A stretch of 64,000 bases of DNA from positions 76,853-140,852 of the forward strand of contig JAPLYL010000005.1 of assembly GCA_026395595.1 (NCBI GenBank), in the 5' to 3' direction. Of this stretch, positions 29,101-36,618 are shown in pieces. The notes under the pieces were generated by a model. It worked only from the letters and a program-made list of their open reading frames with translations, was not told the origin of the DNA and did no database searches. How positions within the stretch are numbered: the first letter of the stretch is position 1; each line of letters opens with the position of its first letter. A program made the translations under genes and the position numbers. The DNA comes from Candidatus Parcubacteria bacterium (GTDB lineage Bacteria; Patescibacteriota; Minisyncoccia; Phycocordibacterales; CAIJYI01).

Positions 29101-29128
29101 ATAATACACTTTTCACATAATATGTCAA
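29101..29128 (-). promoter_or_regulatory. Sigma70-type promoter
   Basis: Minus strand TTGACA-16 bp-TATTAT. Confidence 0.6.
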
Positions 29129-29169
29129 GTATTCTCCAAATCTCACCGGCGTGTTATCATTATCAGCAT

Positions 29170-30897
29170 ATGGAAAAAACAGACCAACTCTATAAAATAC
29201 GCCACTCGCTCGCCCATCTTTTGGCGATAGCCGCTTTGGAACACGATCCGAATGCCAAGCTCACCATCGGCCCCGTGGTAGATAACGGCTTCTATTACGA
29301 TATTGATTTCTCGGAAGGCAAAGCTCCGACTCCTGAAGACCTGAAAAAAATTCAGAAGACGATGAAGAAACTTGCCGGCCGGAAACTTCCCTTCACTAAA
29401 AGAACGCTGACCGATGACGAAGCCAAAAAAATGTTTGCCGACAATCCTTACAAAATGGAATTGATTGAAGGCATCATCAAAGAAGGAGAAAAAGCGACCG
29501 TCTATGATACGGGAGAATTCACCGATCTTTGCGAAGGCCCGCACGTGGAAAATACGGGAGAAATAGACACCGATGCTTTCAAAATAGATCACATCGCCGG
29601 CGCCTATTGGAGAGGAAACGAAAAGAACAAAATGCTCACGCGCATTTACGGCCTCGCCTTTGAGACTGCAAAAGATTTGGATGACTATCTCAAAATGATA
29701 GAAGAAGCAAAAAAGCGGGACCACCGAAAACTTGGAAAAGAACTTGACCTCTTCACGTTTTCAGACCTCGTCGGCCCGGGACTTCCGCTCTGGACTCCAA
29801 AAGGAACGGTACTCCGCGAAACGCTTGACGGTTTCGTCCGCGAACTTCGCGAAAAACACGGATACCAAAGAGTAACCATTCCCCACATCACCAAAAAAGC
29901 GCTGTACGAAACTTCCGGCCATTGGGCAAAATTCTCCGAAGAACTTTTCAAAATCACGACTCGCGAAGGAAAAGAATACGCGATGAAGCCAATGAACTGT
30001 CCGCACCACACGCAGATATTTGCGCGCACACAGTGGAGCTACCGTGATATGCCCCAGCGATATGCCGAAACAACGATGGTCTATCGCGATGAACAATCGG
30101 GAGAGCTCGGAGGTTTAACCCGCGTTCTTTCCATTACACAGGACGATGCTCACGTCTTCGCCCGCCCGAACCAGATCAAAGAAGAATTCTTCGCCATTTG
30201 GGATATCATTAATACCGTCTACGAAACATTCGGATTTGAACTGCGCGTCAGGCTCTCTTTCCACAACCCCGAAGCATTTGAGAAATATCTCGGTACGAAA
30301 GAAGTATGGGAAAAAGCAGAAAATGCCATTCGAGAGATAGCGAAGGAGAGAAATGCAAACTACTTTGAAGCTCCGGGAGAAGCCGCCATGTACGGCCCGA
30401 AACTGGACTTCATGGCGAAAGATTCGCTTGGACGCGAACATCAGGTGGCGACCATACAATTGGACATGAACCTCCCCGAGCGCTTTGACCTTTTCTGTAT
30501 CAATGAAAAAGGAGAAAAAGAAAGAGTGGTTATGATCCACTGCGCCATCATGGGTTCTATTGAACGATTCTCCGCAGTACTTTTAGAGCATCTCGCGGGA
30601 AACCTCCCCTTCCGTTTCTCTCCCGTTCAAGTCTATGTGCTTCCCATCACCGACGTGCATGAAGAGTATGCACGAGAAGTACTCGCAATGCTCAAAAATG
30701 CCGACATCCGAACGGAATTCCACAACGAATCCGAAACCCTCGGCAAAAAGATCCGAAACGGCAAACTCCAAAAAATCCCCTATCTCTTGGTCATCGGAGA
30801 TAAAGAAGTCGCCGACAAAACCGTCACGATAGAATCCCGAGGAGAAGAAACCAAAGGCGCCGTACCTCTCTCCGAACTTTTAGAAAACTTAAAATAG
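29170..30897 (+). CDS. thrS: Threonine--tRNA ligase
   Basis: RHSLAH and DLCEGPH editing motifs, RDHRKLG, KPMNCP-x-H, QDDAH, YGPKLD; probable start ATG 29170. Confidence 0.97.
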   Translation: MEKTDQLYKIRHSLAHLLAIAALEHDPNAKLTIGPVVDNGFYYDIDFSEGKAPTPEDLKKIQKTMKKLAGRKLPFTKRTLTDDEAKKMFADNPYKMELIEGIIKEGEKATVYDTGEFTDLCEGPHVENTGEIDTDAFKIDHIAGAYWRGNEKNKMLTRIYGLAFETAKDLDDYLKMIEEAKKRDHRKLGKELDLFTFSDLVGPGLPLWTPKGTVLRETLDGFVRELREKHGYQRVTIPHITKKALYETSGHWAKFSEELFKITTREGKEYAMKPMNCPHHTQIFARTQWSYRDMPQRYAETTMVYRDEQSGELGGLTRVLSITQDDAHVFARPNQIKEEFFAIWDIINTVYETFGFELRVRLSFHNPEAFEKYLGTKEVWEKAENAIREIAKERNANYFEAPGEAAMYGPKLDFMAKDSLGREHQVATIQLDMNLPERFDLFCINEKGEKERVVMIHCAIMGSIERFSAVLLEHLAGNLPFRFSPVQVYVLPITDVHEEYAREVLAMLKNADIRTEFHNESETLGKKIRNGKLQKIPYLLVIGDKEVADKTVTIESRGEETKGAVPLSELLENLK

Positions 30898-30901
30898 AAA
30901 C

Positions 30902-30934
30902 AAAAATCTCCCGATAAATATCGGGAGATTTTTT
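30902..30934. terminator. Bidirectional terminator
   Basis: aaaaatctcccgata/tatcgggagattttt. Confidence 0.85.
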
Positions 30935-30943
30935 ATTTATTGC

Positions 30944-30968
30944 CGGTTCGGGGTTGCACCCCGAACCG
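30944..30968. repeat. REP-like palindrome with core GGGGT-TGC-ACCCC
   Basis: cggttcggggt-tgc-accccgaaccg, 11-bp stem, no T tract. Confidence 0.6.
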
Positions 30969-30979
30969 AAACATTTGAA

Positions 30980-31621
30980 TTACACAGCCAAGTAAACCAA
31001 AGCTCTTCCTTTTAATCCGTTTGTTTTAATCTTCCCTTCTTTCACGAGTTGAGAAAGATATCGCTCTGCTGTTTTATCGGAAATGTGCAAAAGTTTTTCC
31101 ACTTCGTCGTTCGTAATTTTCCCTTTCTTTCCCATTTCAACCAAAATCCGATCAAGTTTCTTCCGTTTCCGAAATTGCAATTTCTCCCTCGCTTTTATAA
31201 GAAGCTCCTGCAGAAAATTTCGTTTGTTTTCCACTATCGGCAAAGGGATAATGACAGGAGGAACAACAACATCAGCAATAACTGTCGGAGCAACCGGCAC
31301 GTTATTTTGAATTTCAGAGACAGCAGGAACATCTCCGCTCAAACCCTCCGTCATTCCGGCCCCCGAGCCGGAATCCACGTTGTCTGACACAGCAACGGTT
31401 TCTACTGGCATCAAAATCGATTCTGCAGGAATAACCCCACCCGCAGGAGGAGTTTCCGCCACGACAACCGGTTCAACCACCGTCTGGATTTCTTCCCCCA
31501 CAGGAGCAACCGCACCCGCCTCACCCGGCGCTATTTCAACAGAAGTTTCAACCGTTTGAATAATCTCACCGTTCCCCGTTTCTTCTTCAATGATTTTATT
31601 ATTTTCAGTTTCTGTTGGCAT
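30980..31621 (-). CDS. Hypothetical protein: acidic low-complexity N-terminus plus C-terminal winged HTH (DeoR-like)
   Basis: ITNDEVEKLLHISDKTAERYLSQLVKEGKI winged-HTH pattern. Confidence 0.8.
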   Translation of the reverse strand: MPTETENNKIIEEETGNGEIIQTVETSVEIAPGEAGAVAPVGEEIQTVVEPVVVAETPPAGGVIPAESILMPVETVAVSDNVDSGSGAGMTEGLSGDVPAVSEIQNNVPVAPTVIADVVVPPVIIPLPIVENKRNFLQELLIKAREKLQFRKRKKLDRILVEMGKKGKITNDEVEKLLHISDKTAERYLSQLVKEGKIKTNGLKGRALVYLAV

Positions 31622-31652
31622 AGTTATATTTTAACGAAAACAATGGCAGATG

Positions 31653-32036
31653 TCACGATTTCCCGCTATTTTTTAAATAAGCCTTTATCCTTTCTTTATC
31701 TTCGTTTATTTTCTCGCCTTTAAAATACATTTCAAGGAATTCAATTTTGTTCTCGTTTTTGTAATAAACATAAATAACTCGTACTCCGCTAAAAACACCC
31801 CGTCCTTTCAAGGATTTGCAAGCAAACTTTTTTATTTTACAAACAACGATTTCCTCTGTGCAAAAATTCGGTATTGGGAAAATGGAGTGATTATCAATTT
31901 CTCGTACATGATACAGTTCAATCGCATTTTGTTTGACCATTTCCATGTCCTCAACAATACTCCTGAATTTTTTGAGGAGGCGTTTTACGTCCTTTTCAAA
32001 TTCTTCCGTGGTTTTATATTGCATCCTGTTCGTCAT
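31653..32036 (-). CDS. RelE/ParE-like toxin
   Basis: F-x-KD-x-KRL-x-KK...KGRG-x-x-SG-x-RVIY...YFKG; start overlaps the antitoxin 3' end. Confidence 0.7.
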   Translation of the reverse strand: MTNRMQYKTTEEFEKDVKRLLKKFRSIVEDMEMVKQNAIELYHVREIDNHSIFPIPNFCTEEIVVCKIKKFACKSLKGRGVFSGVRVIYVYYKNENKIEFLEMYFKGEKINEDKERIKAYLKNSGKS

Positions 32037-32808
32037 ATTCGCGCACGGACGTTTCTTCCGTTCGGTAAAATACAGACTCATAATTGATCGGCCTTCCTTC
32101 CTCCGCAACAATCCACGGGATATCTTTATGGGAAAGATTTGAAAGTTCTGTGGCGGTTTTATCCGAAAGCCGTTCAAGAACTTCATCAATATGCTTTATC
32201 TCGCGCGCCGTAAAATCGGAAACATCGGCTCTTTTATGTGGGAGATATTTTGTTTGCTCATGTTCAAAATATTTGCTTTTGACTTGTTCAATAGCCCCTT
32301 CTTTTTCCATTTGAGTGACAATTTTTGCAAAAGCCACAGGCGTAGGCCCGTAATGGTTTTTTATATACAAAGCGCCAATAAGCTGTTCTTCATATTTTTC
32401 GTAATAGTCAAAATCAATAAAATACAGAAGTTTATACAAAACCGTCATGCCGACATTTGGTTTCCCTCCGACTTTTCCAAGGATATACAAAAGCGACTCT
32501 TTAAACTTTTCCACCTTTTCAGCAGGAACACTCACGCGCATTTCCGGCTCTTTTCCTCCGCCAGCCGGCGGATTCTTTTTTTCTTCTTTGAGAGTAACTT
32601 GTATCTCTTTATTGTCACCGCAAATAAGCCGTTCAAATGACATATCAAAAATACCGGCGAGTTTTTCCGCTTGAGAAAGCGTCAATTCACGCTCGCCTTT
32701 TTCAATGGCGACATATGAAGGGCGGGAAAGACCCAATTTTTCGGCAATAAATCCCTGCGAAAGACCGTTTTTCTTTCGCATTTTGTGTAAAATTGTTGGA
32801 TTGATCAT
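32014..32808 (-). CDS. XRE-HTH plus Panacea (DUF4065/SocA-like) antitoxin
   Basis: N-terminal XRE HTH (LSQ..IAEKLGLSR..Y..IEKG); KLLYF-x-D, GPTP, L-x-x-x-SH-x-x-x-PW. Confidence 0.85.
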   Translation of the reverse strand: MINPTILHKMRKKNGLSQGFIAEKLGLSRPSYVAIEKGERELTLSQAEKLAGIFDMSFERLICGDNKEIQVTLKEEKKNPPAGGGKEPEMRVSVPAEKVEKFKESLLYILGKVGGKPNVGMTVLYKLLYFIDFDYYEKYEEQLIGALYIKNHYGPTPVAFAKIVTQMEKEGAIEQVKSKYFEHEQTKYLPHKRADVSDFTAREIKHIDEVLERLSDKTATELSNLSHKDIPWIVAEEGRPINYESVFYRTEETSVREYDEQDAI

Positions 32809-32895
32809 ATATTGCAGTATACACTATGTACATATATTTTACAAGTATAGTGTGAATAAGTTTGACATTTGCGAACGCATCGCGCTACTTTTAAA

Positions 32896-33138
32896 TTATA
32901 CTTTCAATAAGCTTTCTCTCTTCAAGAGATTCGGCGAAAGAAATTTCGTTTTATTTTTCTCCATAAGAAATAAATACTCGTGATATTTTCCATCGCTGTT
33001 TATCCATTCATTCGTCCACCGCATATTTCCCATAACATTTTTTTTATAATCAATTTCAACCGCCTTGAGTAATTTTCCGGACTCATTGATGATATTATTC
33101 AGTTCTTGCTTTGTTGCTCTCCCGCCGGAACTGTATAG
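32896..33138 (-). pseudogene. C-terminal remnant of an adenine-specific DNA methyltransferase
   Basis: YSSGGRAT...EIDYKKNVM...EYLFLMEK resembles the D12-class MTase C-terminus (from recall); the 5' part is replaced by GGGGTCAG repeats. Confidence 0.5.
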
Positions 33139-33139
33139 G

Positions 33140-33195
33140 CAAAGGGGGTCAGCAAATGGGGTCAGACCCATTATTTTTGTAACAAATGGGGTCAG
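33140..33195. repeat. Three copies of CAAA(G/T)GGGGTCAG, including a GGGTCAGACCC palindrome
   Basis: Copies at 33140, 33153 and 33183. Confidence 0.75.
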
Positions 33196-33263
33196 GACTC
33201 TGTTTTCTCACTCCACCGTCCGCTTCGGCGTTAGCAGTGTTTGTTCAGTGCCTTCGACTGACT

Positions 33264-34175
33264 TTATATTTTCACTTTTTTAATTTCCGAAAGATATGCT
33301 AATTTTGTACAAATTCGCATGCTGCGCTCAATTGTTTTAGGAAGCGCGGTTTCAAGAACCCAAAATGACAAAACTACATAGATAACCGTAAGAAAGTTAT
33401 TTTCAAAAACTCTCCATAATGATCTAGAGTAGTAGTGCGTGTACACGAAATACCAATACAAAGAAAAATGCACGCTTGAATACACAATCACGCTCCATCG
33501 AGACACCTTAAGTCCGATAAAATCGATCTTCTTACTTTCTTTTAACGATTCGGATTCTTTTATTTTTTTCTCATCTATCGTTCCAAATTTTGTGCTAATG
33601 GTTTCTCCATTTCGTTTTTCTTCCTCAAAAATATAATTATATATGTATCTATTCCCCGAAATCGCAAACAGCACCCAGTGAAATATTTTTCCTATCCCAA
33701 GTAGAACATTTTTAGCAACCGTTCGCCAAAAATATATTTTTGTTCGCAAGAAGAATCCTCGTATCGGTCGCGTGTTTTTAATATGCTGTTCATAAATTTT
33801 TTTCAGAATGTCGTTACCGCTAATTTTTTTGTTTCCGCTATATAATTCTCCTTTGCATGGATCGTAAAAATATTCGTTCGGAAATTCTGCGTCTAACGGT
33901 TCGGATAATTTTTGCTCGGAACGCATTTGAACACCTCCTTCAACCCGTTTACCATACGATACGTGGATATTCAGTGGTTTTTTAATGATTGATGTGTCAG
34001 TCAGAATCGCTCGTGGAATGTATATCTGAAAAAGAGAAGTATATACAGCATCCTCTCCACCAATTTTTTTTTGAAAACTGAAACCGTTTTCTACACCCTC
34101 AAATTTCACAACATCAGTAAATCCGTGTTTTTCAGGTTCAAATTTCTTTATGAAAATATCATTTAAATTGTTCAT
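33264..34175 (-). CDS. Hypothetical membrane protein, AT-rich
   Basis: 303-aa ORF with C-terminal hydrophobic helices. Confidence 0.75.
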   Translation of the reverse strand: MNNLNDIFIKKFEPEKHGFTDVVKFEGVENGFSFQKKIGGEDAVYTSLFQIYIPRAILTDTSIIKKPLNIHVSYGKRVEGGVQMRSEQKLSEPLDAEFPNEYFYDPCKGELYSGNKKISGNDILKKIYEQHIKNTRPIRGFFLRTKIYFWRTVAKNVLLGIGKIFHWVLFAISGNRYIYNYIFEEEKRNGETISTKFGTIDEKKIKESESLKESKKIDFIGLKVSRWSVIVYSSVHFSLYWYFVYTHYYSRSLWRVFENNFLTVIYVVLSFWVLETALPKTIERSMRICTKLAYLSEIKKVKI

Positions 34176-34508
34176 AAATTAGCTATGTGGATAAATATTT
34201 AGCAAGAATCCAGGACGATCACGATTATTTCAATAATTGTGTTTACAGAATAGCATATATTTTAAGCGGGGAAAACAGGACGACAACGAACGGACGATAA
34301 TTTGTGTGCTTCTCACTCTATTCCGATGTGGCCACAAGTCACTAAGTATATTTCTTCGCTTCGCTCGAAATCTACTAAGTGCTTGCCGACCCCGCCTCAC
34401 CTGCCCGTGCTCGGGCATGGCTCCGGCCTCACAAAACGCCGAAAAGCAAAGAAGTTTGCTTTTCTAAAAAATCTCCCGCACGGTTAGCGGGAGATTTTTT
34501 GCGTTTTG

Positions 34509-34580
34509 TGACCCTACAGGGAATCGAACCCTGGTTTTATCCGTGAGAGGGATATGTCCTAGCCGCTAGACGATAGGGCC
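34509..34580 (-). tRNA. tRNA-Glu (anticodon CTC); CCA not encoded
   Basis: GGCCCTA acceptor stem pairs with TAGGGTC; D arm GTCTAGCGGCTAGGAC; anticodon arm TATCC-CTCTCAC-GGATA; T loop GTTCGATTC. Confidence 0.95.
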
Positions 34581-34687
34581 TTATGGCTACATGGTAGAAT
34601 ATAGCATGTTTTGGGGAAAAATCAAAAAATACGTAGTGACTGCTCACACTCCTTAGTAACGCAAAAATCTCTTTAGCGCCGCTACAC

Positions 34688-34800
34688 CAAGGGCAGTCCT
34701 TTCCCTGTCATTCCGCTTCGCTCCATTCCTCCTTAAGGACTGCCCTTGTTTCCGCTTGTCGTGGTAAACGTAGATTCCGGCTCGCGGGCAGGAATGACGG
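34688..34800. repeat. Composite palindromic element (CAAGGGCAGTCCTT inverted pair interleaved with a GTCATTCC...GGAATGAC element)
   Basis: Perfect 14-bp inverted repeat at 34688-34701/34735-34748; gtcattcc at 34707 pairs with ggaatgac at 34791. Confidence 0.75.
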
Positions 34801-36120
34801 TTACCTTACTTTCCACTCTTCGCTTTGTCGTACCAAGAGTTCCGCTTTCCTTTCCGGTTCGGACATTATTTCTTCTATGGTTTGTTCCATACGAATTTTA
34901 TTGGTGCCGGAGCCTTGGGAGCCTTTGACCAGAATAATATCGCCGTCGTCTATAATCTTTTCCAGATATTTTCCGGCTTCTCGGGAAGAATCAAATTGGT
35001 AGATATTGTTTTCATTCATTTTGGCATCAAGCGCGCCGTCCGCGATTCCCCGTCCGCGGATGCCGACCGTTACCAAAATATCACAGAATGAAGCGGTGAT
35101 GGCGCCAATCTTTTTGTGCTCTTCTTTGGAGTACTTGCCAAGTTCAAGCATATCGCCCAAGACCGCAATTTTCTTGCCATAGCATTTGATCTCTTCCAGT
35201 GTTCCGAGCGCTGCGGTTACCGCAACGGGAGAAGCGTTGTAGGAATCATCAATGATAAGCGTTTTTTTGATGCCGGGGATGATTCTCATTCTTCCGGGAG
35301 GCAAAGCGACTTCCGACAACCCTTCCGAGATTTCTACCAAATTTATTCCCGCCGACATGCCCAGAGCGGCGGTTGCGGCTGACGAGTACGCCATGTTATT
35401 TCCCAATGTTCCTTTGATTCTTACCGGCAGGCTTATTTCTCCCGCATCAAGACGGAAGATAACTCCATCGGGGGATTTCCTTTCCAAGTCATCTTCCTTA
35501 TATAAGACAGAAACATGAGAAGCCTTCACATCTGATTCCTCGCTAAAACCATAGGTTTTCGTTTTCCCTTTCCATTTTTCTTTGAGCGCGAGCACTTTCG
35601 GGTCGTCATGATTCAATATCAAAATTCCGTCTTTCTTCAGAGCGCCCACGAGCAAACTTTTTTCCGCAATAACCGCATCAGGAGAAGTGAAGTATTCCAC
35701 ATGCACGGGGACATCGGCAAAACGCGTAACAATGATGGCATCGGGATATATCCATTCCGCCGCTTCTTTCATATCGCCCGGTCGGTCAACGCCGATTTCC
35801 AAAACAAGCCATTCGGGGTATTCATGCTTTTTCAAAACGAGAAAAAGTCCAGCGAAGATATTTTTTGCCCAACCGATAGGATTATTCCACGCATTCTCGC
35901 AGCCGAGAATCGTCAGAGGAATGCCAATGTCAGAGTTGAAACTTTTCTCGCTTTTTCGCACGAAAAATTCGCGGGAAAGCACCGAGTAAGCGGCGTCTTT
36001 CGTAGAGGTCTTTCCGACGCTTCCAATCACCGCAACAATCTTCGGTTTATATTTTCTGAGCACGGCCGTTGCTTCCGCACGGAGAATAACGGCGATTATT
36101 TTTTTTGCAATATTTTTCAT
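34801..36120 (-). CDS. murF: Mur ligase, MurF-like
   Basis: GSVGKTSTK, FNSDIGIPLT, IDDSYNASP, LGDMLELG, LVKGS. Confidence 0.85.
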   Translation of the reverse strand: MKNIAKKIIAVILRAEATAVLRKYKPKIVAVIGSVGKTSTKDAAYSVLSREFFVRKSEKSFNSDIGIPLTILGCENAWNNPIGWAKNIFAGLFLVLKKHEYPEWLVLEIGVDRPGDMKEAAEWIYPDAIIVTRFADVPVHVEYFTSPDAVIAEKSLLVGALKKDGILILNHDDPKVLALKEKWKGKTKTYGFSEESDVKASHVSVLYKEDDLERKSPDGVIFRLDAGEISLPVRIKGTLGNNMAYSSAATAALGMSAGINLVEISEGLSEVALPPGRMRIIPGIKKTLIIDDSYNASPVAVTAALGTLEEIKCYGKKIAVLGDMLELGKYSKEEHKKIGAITASFCDILVTVGIRGRGIADGALDAKMNENNIYQFDSSREAGKYLEKIIDDGDIILVKGSQGSGTNKIRMEQTIEEIMSEPERKAELLVRQSEEWKVR

Positions 36121-36147
36121 AAGAAAACAAAATTAAAATGAGACCCG

Positions 36148-36576
36148 CTAGGCATATTCTTTTTTTGTTTCTTCAAAACGATTTGAAATCCCCGCAATTT
36201 TAACAAAAATATTATATTCTTCTCTGGTAAGAACGATGAAATCTTTTCCCAGCGTTTCCAACTCAAGACGTTTGTCATAATGCCTAACCATGGCCAGAAC
36301 TTCCTCTTTTTCTTCATTGGTAAAACTTTGGAACTCCAATCGTCCGATTCTTGTTTCTATACTCCCCATTCGAGACTCAAGGCCATCCATTCTAGACTCT
36401 ATGCCGTCCATTCTGGATTCTATTCTCTCCATTTTTATCTCCATATTATCCATTCTGGAATCTAGTCTATCTATTCTACCGCCAAGACGTTCTTCAAGAC
36501 CTTGAAAACCCGCTTGCATCATTTGAGCAAGATCTTCAAGACTCATATTGCTATCTTTTTCTTTTTTGTCTGTCAT
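36148..36576 (-). CDS. Coiled-coil heptad-repeat hypothetical protein inside the dcw cluster
   Basis: RMDGIES-like 7-aa repeats (21-bp period); probable start ATG 36576. Confidence 0.75.
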   Translation of the reverse strand: MTDKKEKDSNMSLEDLAQMMQAGFQGLEERLGGRIDRLDSRMDNMEIKMERIESRMDGIESRMDGLESRMGSIETRIGRLEFQSFTNEEKEEVLAMVRHYDKRLELETLGKDFIVLTREEYNIFVKIAGISNRFEETKKEYA

Positions 36577-36618
36577 AGATATCATAATACATCAACGATT
36601 ATTGTTTTTCAAACTTCA

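Noticed and set aside
28887-29169. T-box or thrS leader riboswitch
   Set aside because: There is no T-box GGTGGNACC motif, and thrS has a -10 box 9 nt before its ATG.
30900-34580. Prophage or integrative element at tRNA-Glu
   Set aside because: I found no integrase, no phage genes and no duplicated tRNA 3' end (att site) by eye.
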